This document shows, piece by piece, positions 11,243 through 37,300 of a DNA stretch of 64,000 nt. The stretch comes from Hormiphora californensis (Eukaryota; Animalia; Ctenophora). The DNA is taken from assembly GCA_020137815.1 (NCBI GenBank), contig CM035354.1, positions 8,246,001-8,310,000 of the forward strand. Direction: 5' to 3'. The first letter of the stretch is position 1. Each line of letters begins with the position of its first letter. The notes below the pieces were generated by a model that ran no database searches, was not told the DNA's origin, and worked only from the letters and a program-made list of their open reading frames with translations. The position numbers were made by a program, and so were the translations under genes.

Positions 11243-12796
11243 ATGGTTGACTATGACGTGGCGGTGATAGGGGCCGGGATATCCGGACTAGGAGCACTGA
11301 AATGTTTCCGGGACAAGAACCTATCTACAATCTGTCTGGAGAAATCTGACGATATCGGTGGACTTTGGAACTATTCAGAGACTGGTTATGGTGTGATGAG
11401 GTTTACCCATATCAATGTCTCCAAACAGAACTATGCCTTTTCTGATTTCCCATTCCCAGATACAACACCAGACTTCCCCCATCACTCCCATATTCTCCGG
11501 TACATGCGGGACTATGTTGACCACTTCAACCTGTCCCGACACATCAGTTTCAATACGGTGGTGGTGAACATCAAACAGACAGCAGAGGGGATGTGGAAAA
11601 TAACGGTTGAAAAGGGGAAGTACCAGAACAGAGAGGGGATGCAGGTGATAACAGTGAGGAATGTTGCTATAGCATCTGGTCACCATAGCAACCCCTACAT
11701 CCCCAAGATACCTGGTGAGGAGCTCTACACTGGATCCCTGTTCCACAGCATGAAATACAAGTGCCACACAAGTAGTGGGATCCCAGCCGGTAAACGTGTT
11801 CTAGTTGTGGGCATGGGTAACAGCGCTGTTGATATAGTGGATAACTTAGTAACACAAGGGCAGTGTACAGTTGATGTTAGTGCCCGGTCCCCTACCTGGG
11901 TGTTCTCTCCCTATGTCCTGGGACACCCTGTAGATCACTACGCTACACGGGCCCTCTACCTTCTACCCCTGAAAGTGGTCGAGATGATAGTTCAGACCCT
12001 GATGTGTATGTTGTTAGGGTTACCTAAACAGTGGGGTGTTTATCCCATGGCTAACATTCTCAGATCACAGCCCACCGTCTCACATAACCTCTACCATCAC
12101 ATTCAGAGGGGCAGTGTTGCAATCAGACCTGATATAACGGGCATGGGACCTGGTAAGAAGGTGATATTTAATGATGGAACCTCAGCGTGGTATGATGCTG
12201 TGATCCTAGCTACAGGGTACACCTTTTCCCTTCCCTTCCTCTCTAAGAACGATAGAGAACACATTCTCCCCGGTATAAACGAGTTGAATCTTTACAAGAA
12301 TGTGTTCAGTCCCAGATACGGTCACACCCTGGGATTCATTGGGTTTGTTCAGCCTGCTAGTGGGGGTCTGGTGACAATGTCTGAAATGCAGTCACGATGG
12401 ATGGCTGAGTTAGTGTGTGGTAATGTGCACCTCCCAACCACTACAGAGATGTTAAACACCATCAATCTGGAGAGATCAGAGGAGAGGTCCTGGTATTACA
12501 ATAGTAAGAGGTTAACCCTCCAGAAAATACCGATATTGTATAACGACCAGATAGGAGCTATGATAGGGTGTAAACCAGACTACAAGAAACACCCTGCCCT
12601 CCTGTGGAACTTACTGTTTTCTGTTTCTGCCTTTCAGTGGCGGTTAAATGGACCTAATGCATGGAAGGGAGCGAGAGAAGCGTGCAAGAAACTGAAACCG
12701 GTGCCGTTTTATCATTACTCGATGCTTCTAATTTTATCTATTTTACTACTTCTAGTGTTATCTATTTTACGCTGTTTTTACGAGTTTATGTTTTAG
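11243..12796 (+). CDS. Flavin-containing monooxygenase (class B FMO), single coding exon, C-terminal membrane anchor
   Basis: GAGISG FAD motif, GGLW, YTGSLFHSMKY (FxGxxxHxxxY type), GMGNSA NADPH motif, ATGY, and a hydrophobic C-terminus. Confidence 0.95.
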   Translation: MVDYDVAVIGAGISGLGALKCFRDKNLSTICLEKSDDIGGLWNYSETGYGVMRFTHINVSKQNYAFSDFPFPDTTPDFPHHSHILRYMRDYVDHFNLSRHISFNTVVVNIKQTAEGMWKITVEKGKYQNREGMQVITVRNVAIASGHHSNPYIPKIPGEELYTGSLFHSMKYKCHTSSGIPAGKRVLVVGMGNSAVDIVDNLVTQGQCTVDVSARSPTWVFSPYVLGHPVDHYATRALYLLPLKVVEMIVQTLMCMLLGLPKQWGVYPMANILRSQPTVSHNLYHHIQRGSVAIRPDITGMGPGKKVIFNDGTSAWYDAVILATGYTFSLPFLSKNDREHILPGINELNLYKNVFSPRYGHTLGFIGFVQPASGGLVTMSEMQSRWMAELVCGNVHLPTTTEMLNTINLERSEERSWYYNSKRLTLQKIPILYNDQIGAMIGCKPDYKKHPALLWNLLFSVSAFQWRLNGPNAWKGAREACKKLKPVPFYHYSMLLILSILLLLVLSILRCFYEFMF

Positions 12797-13632
12797 TGAG
12801 TCATTTTCAGAAATTCATCATTATCTTAGTTATAGAGTGTGCTAGTGTGTGCGGTATCTTCAGACAAATCTAGAGTATGTTTAAGTTTTGTTTATTAGCG
12901 TTACTATTAGTCACATTATCAGTTTATTTTGTTCATATTTTCACCGTGTGCTTGGAGCGGGTTGCATGGTTGAATGTTTATTGTTTGTATAATGCATGCA
13001 TGTGTAAATAAACAAGTGTTCAATTCATTTTTGAAATCCATGTCTATTAATTCCTTTTGACCACAATAAGTTACGACACATTCCGAAAATAATCGGACCG
13101 GAAGAATGAAAATTGAGGTGTGCGGTCATAATTAATTTTAACAAATTCCTGAGCCTACCAATGAGCTTATCGGTCCGCTGTCTCACTGCTCATTCCCACA
13201 CACACTGTCATTACACGGCAGGCTGCTGCACGGATGTATAGGACTAGGGAGACATGTGTGTAGCGCGCAGAAACACTGCTCTGTGGAAGTGTGCAATGTC
13301 AGCATTTGTCACAGCAGTTCATACTGCGGCGCACCACAGATTTGATCTAATCCCGGATGTGCCTCAATACAACCAATTATAGCCCATGATACTCCAGTAA
13401 TTGGCAATTATACGGGCCCTAGGTCGGGCTATTGGTATACCCCTTGTGCTTCCTAGTATCTTATAAACCGGTCATTAAAAGAGTCCCTGAACCATTGTCT
13501 GGCGGCGCCGACCCGATCAGAGCACACTGTCAAGAAACACCGCTACACTGAGACAGCTCAACCATTCTAGCCATGTACATTGTACGGGCCATTGTGACTG
13601 TGAATACCCAAGGTCATGTATCAATACCAGTA

Positions 13633-14322
13633 CAGTCGGACCCCGATTTAGTGGCACCCCGATTTAGGGACAGGATTTTTTTCCCCCGATATACCTTATT
13701 ACCGATATATAACGGAACCTTTAATTAACGAAATCAGTAAAAATTTCGTTAATTTTAGGTATCGTTAATTTAGGGTTCCGCAAATTAATGTTCCTTTAAT
13801 TAAAAGTTGCTTTTTTGAGAGTAGCAAAAAAAATAAAACCAAGTCATTGAATATAATGTCTACCATAGTCCATACGGGTCTTAAAACAATACTTTTCAGT
13901 AATTATAGTTTGTAATGAGGCAAGCCCATGTTCTGTCCATTTACAGTAAAAGTGGCCTTAATTTCCAACCCTCCCTGAACCAATGGTAACTGAAATGCAT
14001 AAGGGTCTTGAACAACTGCCTCAAATTCACAACCGTGCTCAATTGCAAAGAATATTATTCTTGATATAATCTCAATAGGAACATAATTACCATTTTAACC
14101 CCATTTTAACCCAGTATTTATGCTTTTTGTCAAAATTTGCTAACCCAAACCGATTTTCGTTAATTAAAGGTATGTTAATTAAAGGTACGCTAATAGGAGG
14201 TTCCGTTATATAGCGGTAATAAGGTAGGAAATTAACCTTATTTGACCCCGATTTAGTGGACACCCCGATTTAGTGGACAAGAGCCTTTCCCCCGAGGGTG
14301 TCCCTAAATCGGGGTCCGACTG
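13633..14322. mobile_element. Pogo/Tigger-type MITE (CAGT ends, TA TSD) carrying a nested insertion
   Basis: TA|CAGTCGGACCCCGATTTAG ... CTAAATCGGGGTCCGACTG|TA, with internal CCCCGATTTAGTGG repeats. Confidence 0.85.
13694..14224. mobile_element. Nested MITE with TA TSD
   Basis: TIR CCTTATTACCG(A/C)TATATAACGGAACCT at both ends, flanked by TA. Confidence 0.8.
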
Positions 14323-14756
14323 TATTACAAAGCAAAACACGTTGATTTATTGGTAAAAAAGAAAAATATTTCCGTAATCCTCAAAGTTAAAAACTTAAAC
14401 GCAGTTTATTCTCACATCTCTCTGGAAACAACTCACACACAGTAGTAAATACAACACTGTTGTAAACTCAGCACATCTCTGAATGTGTGTACGCAGCTGC
14501 ATCTGTCTGTACGAATATATCTACAAATAAGTACAAACCGACACATAACGTAACGATAAATAATAACAGTCGCATTAGCTCTCTCAAGAGGGGTAAAAAC
14601 GGTTGAGATATAGATATAAAATTGTACTTACAAATCAAATAGATACACATAATAGAGTTAAGAAAATAGATCGAAATTTCAAAAGAAAGAGAAGGAAATA
14701 AAGAAAAATTTCAACCTAAATAATTAATTAATTAATTAATTAGTGTTCCTTTCTCT

Positions 14757-27821
<13,065 letters not shown>

Positions 27822-29108
27822 AACACCACTTAAACATGGGACTAAAGGGGAAATGTGGGACGTGAGATGTGGAAGTGGAAACGTGATATGCGTTGTGGTA
27901 CGTGAGGAAGTGGAAACGTGATCTCATGTGAGGTAGGGAAATGTGAGGTGGACCTGGGGAATAGATAATAGGTAGAAGATGAGATGGGTTACTGCTGCAA
28001 TAAAATACCATCACCTGCACCACCAATATCAGAGTTGAAATTAGAGAATATCTAATTAAATGGTATCAAACTGGGGGGTATCAAACTACTGATATTGATG
28101 GAACTACGTAACAGTAATCGGATAACTTTCTTTAAACTGTCAACAGTGATATATCTCACTGTCAAAAACAAAATTACCGAGAACTGATTGGTTAGCCTTT
28201 ATATGGCAAAACTCTGATTGATATATTCATTTTCACTGACAGGACCTGCAGAGACCCTTGACTAGCTTGATAAAGGTCTATGATAGTTCTAAGACTATTT
28301 TAAAATATAACCATCTAACTTACTCATCAGACTCTCTCTCTTTCTCGCTGACAACACTCAACAGCACATTGCACAACCACTAAGCTATGATTTATATTTT
28401 CTGACAACTAACATAGCACTAAAAAAGTTAAAGTTTAAAGTTTTCAAAGATGAAAACAAAGATGAATTGTAATAAAAAGTTGTGTTATTCAGTAAGATCA
28501 CTAAAACTATTGTACGGAAGAATATAACAACAATAGAGATGACCACTACTACAATTGTGCGTGTTTATAGGAGGGGCGTGTTTGTATCTAAAAACAACAC
28601 CTCTATATGGTTCACACCGGAGAAATCTCAACTAAATTCCCAGTTAAATTGAAGTGCGCTATTATATACTAGCCAGCAGCAAATAGTGACCCTCCAATTC
28701 TGATAAGACCACACACGAAGAGCCAAAATGATTTAACCGCCTGCGGCCTGAGTACACATTATCTCTCCATGGGCAAATGCAGGAGGGCAACATGAAAATA
28801 ACCATCATCACAACTACAACTATAACACGTAAACCATGGAGAGTTAAACAACACCAAATAACCAACTGCTGTCAACGAGCAAGGAAACACAGAATGTGAT
28901 AGTGAACCAACAAATTAAATCCCTGGTGTATCGGAGAGATACAATGTGACACACTGTGTGATGTGACATGTGTTACAGTTACAAGGCGATGTGATTATAG
29001 AGTCTGAACGAGGTCTGGTGTAACGCCAGATGACACAAGAGACACAGTAATGTTACACAACATGGTGGGGATATAATGGCAGTCAGTGATGATAGATGAG
29101 ACAGGGCT

Positions 29109-29112
<4 letters not shown>

Positions 29113-29182
<70 letters not shown>
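29113..29182. repeat. (AG)n microsatellite
   Basis: Direct dinucleotide run. Confidence 0.95.
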
Positions 29183-29188
<6 letters not shown>

Positions 29189-30044
29189 TGTGTAACTTCT
29201 GTTGTAGATTAGGATACATTATAGCTGTATCATGTGTACCCGGAAACAACAACATACACGTTCATTCTGTTTACCCAACAAATCTACTATACCTAACCAT
29301 GCGATAAATTATTCTATCGTGGCTTCACGTTGATCTCTGACAATCTTCTACCAAACTCTCTAAACAACTATCAGAATCTGACCCCTCCCCAGACTAATCT
29401 TATCACAGCTCATAAACACAATGATACACCCAAGCAAGAAATGAAGGGAGTTGTAAGATCATTGCCTCTCATAACACACACAATGTAGCGCCACACGATA
29501 TAAATACTAGTCTTGAGTAGTTGCTCTGGGCAACCGACAAAATTGGGAAGTGATTTCCGGGCACTATATCATCTCTCTCTCTCCCACATTTCTTATTCTC
29601 TATTTTCTTCTTTCTCTAGCTCTCCCCCGCCTTACTACACATGATGATATTGTGGTCTATGACCTATCAGATCATCATTTCCAACTCCGTAACATAGAGA
29701 TCGCTCAAACTATAATAAAGTTATTAAATTCATTGAAACAAATTAAATAAACTATAACTTTGACAGAATCTAATTCCTCCAAGATAATAGTGACACTATA
29801 ATTATACCCCAATAATATATGCAACATACACGGGGAGGTAAGTTTAGTAACTTCTGGCACAGGACTGGCAGGAAAGAAAGGGACATGGTGCATTACAATA
29901 GACCTGAGCCATGACGCCGGGGACCGGAAACACTTCGCGTCACTACTGCAGTCCAAACAATGACCGTTCGGAAAAAAGAAAGCGAGCCAAGAGAGGACAC
30001 ATAAACTGAGAAGGGGCAAGAGAGCAGCGTCGAAGAGCGAGAGC

Positions 30045-30384
30045 ATAGAGAGAGAGAGGAGCGAGAGGAAGAGAGAGCGAGAGAGAGAGGAGAGAAGATG
30101 GAGAGCGAGAGAAGCGAGAGAGAGAGAGAGAGAGAAGAGCGAGCAGAGAGAAGAGAGAGAGAGCGCGCAGATCTAGAGCGCGAGCTAGATCGCGCTCTCT
30201 AGCGCGATAGAAGCTCGAGATAGAGCGCGATTCTAGCGAGATTAGAGAGAAGCGCTCGAGGATAGAGAGCGAGAGAGATCCCGGATAAGAGGCTATGAGA
30301 GCGCAGCTTCTCTCTCTCTCTATCTCTCTCTCTCTTCTCTCTCTTCTCTCTCTCCATCTCACTCTCTTTTTTCTCTCTCTCCCT

Positions 30385-30417
<33 letters not shown>

Positions 30418-30418
30418 C
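30045..30418. repeat. Degenerate (AG)n followed by (CT)n, foldback-capable
   Basis: AG-rich left part, scrambled AG/CT/CG middle, CT-rich right part. Confidence 0.8.
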
Positions 30419-32006
30419 CACTGCAGTAACAAGGTCACGCTTGGCTCACATACTGGCATCTCCGTTCAGAAGCGCGTGTAAAACCCACCGGTATAATAGT
30501 GCGTGGTGTGTGTGTAATCCGTCAAATGGTAATGTGATTAACGAGAGAGGGTTTTCACGTTTTTCCTCCCTTTTTACCAGGGGAGCAAGAGGGAAGGGGA
30601 CAGGAAGGGGGTATAACAATGAAACAGGGTAAATGAAAGAGACGGTTTAGCTAGCCTATAACAGGGTGGCGCCTATTAAACTGAAAGGGGCCTTGTCGGG
30701 TTCTATTAAAAGCTTTGTGGCTTACCGGAAGGACAGAGAGAGAGAGGAGGAAGAGACATATTGGAGTGAAGAGAGACATAAGTAGAGATAATTGAGCGAG
30801 GAGAGATAGAAAGAGGGAGGAGGACCTTGGCATAAGTCCAGCTATAATACAAGCAATTGATGCAGCACATAACATAAGGGGAGGAGATACAAATCTTGAA
30901 GTAGATACTTAGAGAAACTTAGAGATTGATGATGATGATGATGGTCTAGACGGGTCTAACGAGAGATCTAATATCGGAGATATAAATTGATGGATACTTC
31001 TAAAGTAACTATGGTTTGAAATGAACCACTTTAAACAGATCACGGCCTCTTTACCTCAGCCTGCGTCAGTAGAGGAGAGAGAGAGAACTAAAGCCTGTTA
31101 GATGAGAGAAACTAGCCAACGAATGATCAGTCAGCAGCCATAGAAATAGGAAAGCTCAAATTCATGTGTCTACGCTATACACACACACATTTATGATGTA
31201 TATGATCAGCTTCAATTTGGTATCTAAACTGTCTCCGTGAAGAAGTGATATTTGTTCTCTACTAAAAAACTAAAAAACTAGAGTTGCAAGTATTGTCCAC
31301 TACTAAAACTGCAGAGCGTGAGGGTAATTACTGGATAGCTACTGCTGGAGGTGGTGACAGTGGAATAGTTATGTAGAGAGAGGGAGAGAGGGAGATATGT
31401 TATCACACCCTCGAAAGGGAATTAAAACGAGGGTGGGATACGCCGCTGTAAGGGGAGATGCCACATTCCACACACACCAGGCCGGGGAAGAGGAGGCGGT
31501 GAGAGAGACACTTCATCGGGTTTTAACATGCCGGCACACGATATTGTAATTCGAACTCATTACTCACAGAGTTAATGTTAATATCCATGTCATCATATTG
31601 TATTACAGGTTGTTAAGGAACTGAAGACTGGTTGACGGCGAGTGAATTGCCCGGTGTCGTGAGACACCACACCAATCAATGTTAATTAATAATAAACGGG
31701 GATTACTTCCCAGTAGATTAGCGGAAATCAAGGGATTTCATTAAATAGCAAAATAAGGGGATAGTCAAAAATTAATTACTGTGCAGTTGGCGAGAAATGC
31801 AAGTAGCACGTAGACAAGATACCTACCTAAACGAAACGGGCCGGCGCAGGAAACCAAATCATTTGAACGGCGGGAATCCAACGCGACTTTGTCAAATTTC
31901 AAACTTTGGTCGCCGCTAAATTATTTTATTCCGACGCATCTTTTTGCCGCGCGCGGGGTGCCGCGCACAGTTCAGTTGTAATTTAAAATTCGGCTCACCG
32001 TACCTA

Positions 32007-32224
32007 GTGGAAGCTCTTACGGTAATTCCCACGCCCCGTGGGAAAGTTTTTGACCGTGGGAAAGTTTTCAAAGCGTGGGAAAAGAGAGATACATACAATA
32101 ACTACAAAAAATAAATTGTTTTTTCTTAGTTATTGTATGTATCTCTCTTTTCCCACGCTTTGAAAACTTTCCCACGGTCGAAAACTTTCCCACGGGGCGT
32201 GGGAATTACCGTAAGAGCTTCCAC
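32007..32224. mobile_element. Near-perfect palindromic MITE with TA TSD
   Basis: ~95-bp arms GTGGAAGCTCTTACGGTAATTCCCACG...ATACAATAACT and their reverse complement surround a short A/T spacer; TA flanks both ends. Confidence 0.9.
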
Positions 32225-32929
32225 TAACCTGGCCTCAGAATTTTTTTTCTTGGAGGTTGCAGTTTTGAGTTTCCGCCTTCCGCGGGGCTTTCTTTGTCCC
32301 CCTTGAGCCCTACCGGGGCTTGCAGCCCATGGGTCCTGGTCGCGGGACTCTGTCCCTACACCCCGGCGGAGCTGCGACCATGACCCCGGGCGGACAGGAC
32401 ATCATCCCTATCCTCCACCATCCAGAGTTAGGAGAGTGACCATATTTATTTACCAGAGTTAGGTTAAGTTTTTTGAGAATATTTGTTCGTTGGTGTGTGA
32501 AATCTAAATAGACAAAATCTTGGCTTTTGAGATGTTGGGTAGAGATGAGGGTAAAGAGAATTGGCCGAGTATGGGCCAGGAGAAACGAATCGTGTGACGT
32601 GCACGCCAAACGAAACGAATGAAAACACAGCTAACGCAGCGTACCCAATAAGAACAATGAACATTTGAAAGTGGTGATATACTGTTGAAAAATGCAACCT
32701 GTGTAAATGTAATGGATTGTCTAATCTTAATATACTCAATGTTCAAACCTCTTGTGTGATAATGTGATAACGATATGCTATTTATAACTTAATACCGTTT
32801 TTTAGGTAAATATTAGGTTTTAATTTACATCCTTTTTGTGGTGAAAAATTTTTTAATTAATTTATTATACCGACTAATCTTGACAGTGTTTGTATGTGTG
32901 TGGCGTGTGTAGGCGTTGATTTTGGTATG

Positions 32930-33120
<191 letters not shown>

Positions 33121-33715
33121 ATGTGAGGAGCAAGTTCTAGTTAGTTAACTTATTAAACTATTTCTAACTTAATAATTAATTAACTTAGTTAGTTATTTTT
33201 ACTGTTAAATCTACCCATTGTTTTCAATCCAGATAGTTATTAGATCATTGTTTCCGTGCCTACTGTCCATCTTAGTCGCAAGCCCGCTTTAGGTAACTGC
33301 TGAAGCTCTAAGCCTCTCAGCCTTGTAGGATATATATGACTTATTTGTATATGTCTGTAGTGTGAGAGCGGGACGAGTCACTTATATGACTCTAATATAA
33401 ATATTGAAGTTCATTTTCATTTTCATTTTCAGTTCCGTCCCTGGGTTTGTACTTTGTACAAACCACGTTCAAGCCTTAGGGAACAAAACGGTGACTTCTA
33501 AATGAAATTTGATATCGCCAGACGGCGACACTATTAGTAAAAAGCGATAATTTGTTATAGGTTAATCGCGGGTAAGTACAGTCGGACTTGCCTTGCTCGA
33601 CCCTGTTTCCCCGCGCCCCAGGTCTCAACACAACAAAGCCGGACCCGGATTAATGTCATGTCAATTGATTCTCGGCAGATTCCTTTTTAGTACTTTGTCC
33701 GTGTGTTTTAACTTT

Positions 33716-33927
33716 TATAGTCGGATTTTAAATAACTGTCGTCAAATTTCTTAAAATGACCATAACTCCAGTTCCTGATAAGATAGAGTCCTGAAATTTG
33801 GAGGTTACGAAGATCATGCTATGTTCTTCCGAACCCTCAAATTTCAAGTCTCTATCTTATCAGGAACCGGAGATATGACAAATTTTGTTATTTTTGAGAA
33901 ACGACAGTTATTTAAAATCCGACTATA
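33716..33927. mobile_element. Small MITE
   Basis: TIR TATAGTCGGATTTTAAATAACTGTCGT / ACGACAGTTATTTAAAATCCGACTATA, plus internal inverted TTCCTGATAAGATAGAG segments. Confidence 0.85.
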
Positions 33928-34370
33928 ATAGCGACTCTACACAATGTAGACTTAAGACTACATTTTCCTTGGCATGCGCTGCAGACCCCAAGTGCGCACG
34001 TTTTCCACGGCTTCTAGCATAGGTCAAACATTTTCCTATCTTACTAGGAGAAATCTGTCGCTAGACTCTAGAATGTCTTCTTAGCTCTAAGTGGGTTCTA
34101 AGTTCTTCCGTGATCCGTCTAAGGCATATAGTTTTGATTTAGATACATACTTTGTCGGGGACTTTTAACATGTTAAACTGTTTTTAATGTTTATCAAGTA
34201 AACACTAATTAATTAGTTCGACTACCAGCCGTTCGTATCGGAGCAGTGCGAGTGATCTGATGCTAGGCATATTTCTCTTTTGTTTGGAAACCATCTCTTT
34301 GTCAAAAGAGCTGTGTTCAAGTTAGGTTCAATATTGTTCCTATCTTTCCACCCAATACTTCTAGCATGAT

Positions 34371-37300
34371 ATGCAATCATTACGGAATGAAATCGATGAA
34401 ATCTGTGATCGCCTAACAAAATGTACAGAAAACGTAAGTATAATCCTTGCATTGGGAGGGGTGTGACTGTGAACACAGTTCTGTTTAAATCACGGGAGGG
34501 GTGGGATTTGAAATTCAATTAAACCGTGTGAGTAAGTATCAATTGTTAATATTTTGAGGATATAAATAGGAAAGCCATTTTACCCAACATACTCCTCCAG
34601 ATACTAATATTGTATAATACTCTTGCAGGGTAGGGTGAGGGTAGTATCAAAGAATGTAGATGAGGTTATACTGGAACTAGTTGACGATCACAACAACCAA
34701 CACTCTGTCACCTGCAATGTCTATGTAAGTATTTCTCACCCCCTCCCTTACAAATCACCTGCAATGTCTATGTGAGTATTTCTCAACGGGTTCTCAACCC
34801 CACCCATTTATGATCATATTGCATCATTGTTTTCTTGCTGCTATTTTAGTTGTACTTTCTTTTTTATGTGTCGCAATGTAGTTTGTGTGCTAACTGCTAA
34901 TTGTATGAATTTAAAAGACTGTTAACTTCGATAATTGTTTGAGAGACATATTATTGCAAACACGATTGTTAGGAACGGCTAACAGCACTCAAGGTGTCAA
35001 CTACCTGCAATTTCATATGTTACCTGTTATAGCTTGGAAAACACTTGTCACAGACACGATATTTGAGTAGTGAAATAGTGAGCACACGTTGTGCACTTCT
35101 TGACTGTCATTTGTTTTGATCAAAGAATCTTGAACACATAGCTGATTGACGTCAGACAGGTCTATATAATACCAATTTACCGCTAGTGTTCCAAATATGG
35201 GAAACATTAAGATTCACCTCTCAAGCACTAACAGTGTCCAAGGGAGAATTAATATAGGGCACCCTGCCAAACACTCGAGTTAAATAATAACTGGAAGAAT
35301 TTATCTTTTAAACATCTACACACGCGACACAGACGTTCGACAAATAATTCCCAACATCGTTCTGTGTTGGTGAAACAGTTTAAATGTATCTCAGCAGTTT
35401 AAATGTATCTCAGAATGAAAAGATTTATCTGCCATCGATGTGTTTGTTCTGTTAAATATCAAAGTGTGAACCCCTAACTCCCTCCCCCCTCCCTCCAGGA
35501 AGGATACCCGGAGCAGAGTCCCCTCTGGTACACTACCTCAGATCATAATCTAGTGATATCTACTATTGATCATCTCAACGAACATGGCAGATCGGTTAGT
35601 TACTTGTTCACACCTCTCTCCCTCTGTTAGTTAGTTGTTCACACCTTATATTAACCAGCTACGGCCCTCTCTTTGAATTGTTGATACAACGTGCTCCGTG
35701 GGCATCACGGACACAGTGTCAGACAAATCACTCTCCCCCTATTCCCATCCCCTTATCTTAAATAATTTACCCTATCCAACATTACATCACACCTCTCTAA
35801 CAACTCTAAATGTGTTCCTATATAACTGTGTTGACATAGCACTGCCCGAAACATTTCGATTTGTCCGGGTTGCACCAAGAGGCTGGCGTTGTTCGTAATA
35901 ACATACTAACTTATAACAATTGTTTATTTTGGAATGATTCCAATATATTTCCTAGATAACATCTGCATGTCAGTACATTGTGTCTCGTCTCAATACCGCT
36001 CTACACCTGGAGTGTGGTGGGGATCTTCTGGATAGCTCCTGTACTTCTGACGAAACCAACAACTTCTCTGTGAGTCTCTATAATGTATTGAAAACAACAT
36101 GAATAGTACAATACAATATTGTTTAGGATGAGATAATAAGTGTACTAAGGCATTACAAAATGCTATTATTTAATATCATGTCTTATGAAATATTGGGACA
36201 GTTAAACATGGTCTAACTGCCACCACAGAAACTTATATCGGGGTATCTCCTTTATGGATATGTTTAGTTCATTTCTATAGACTGTTGGAGACTCAGAAAG
36301 TATGAATAAAACAACTCATTTCACTCTAATTTGTCCCGCTCCTAACACACTCATTCTCATTTGTCCCGCTCCATGATAGGAACCTCCATCCTCTAACATG
36401 TCCCTTCATGCCCCACAGGCGGATGATGAAGATGACCTCTTGAGTGACGAGGAATATTTCGAAGGACACCATGGACTGGTAATACTCGTGATCACTTTTT
36501 ACCATTTCCTGTTACCTGATCTCACCCCATCATCACACACACACCCTCTATAACCATGATGATTGAGCCCACACACACCCGCACAACGACTAGCAAACAT
36601 TGTCCCTTTTTGAAGGGTTTGTGGCGCGGGGTAACAAGCGCGCGCTACTATCTGATCTTACATGTGCTTCTCTCTGAAGCTCAGTGCCGGTCCACTGTCA
36701 TGTGCATATCAATGAGTGTTCAAATAATAACGTCCGACAGGAATTTAATTATGATCTAGCTCATAGTGTCTCATGCACATGTCATGTGTGAACGTGGTAT
36801 TCAAAACCACAACAAACTTTTCCGCCGAGTCACGGAAACTGCAACCGCCTGACGCCTGCAATGATCTACTAATTGTTGGTCAAGGAGTCATCTTTGATGA
36901 TAAACACTATAAAACTCTTTCCTTTCAGTGCGGATGATCCTGCAAGCCAGAGTGATGAACTGCAGATGGCAGCCGAACAGTTATCAGCTTTGGAAAAACT
37001 AAAAAAGTCCATCCGATCAGTTGAGGAAAATGTGCGTACTATTTTTAGATATCATTTCATTTTGATCAGCTGTCATTCTCACAAAGTAGAACTGACAGAT
37101 TTTACGTAACCGGATCAAATTTCAAATTATCTATCCGAATTATTTACTCTTTCTAATTCTATCCCAATTAGTTAGAAGTTCTACTGGGACCCGTTCTACT
37201 CAATGCCTCAATTTAAATTCGACTCTGGGAATTTAACAGCAATAAATATGATCATCCAGCTTTCCTCTCTTCTCACACTGCCACTTTTCAGGGTTTGGTG

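Noticed and set aside
11243-12796. Horizontal transfer or retrocopy origin of the intronless FMO, MBOAT and FARSB
   Set aside because: The proteins look eukaryotic, with no poly(A) remnant or TSD. Long exons also occur in NAPRT and TRPM, so intron-poor genes appear normal here.
30045-30418. Novel GAGC/CTAG-patterned sequence and its ORFs
   Set aside because: It looks like a mixed consensus of (AG)n and (CT)n across a foldback, so it is likely a base-calling artefact.
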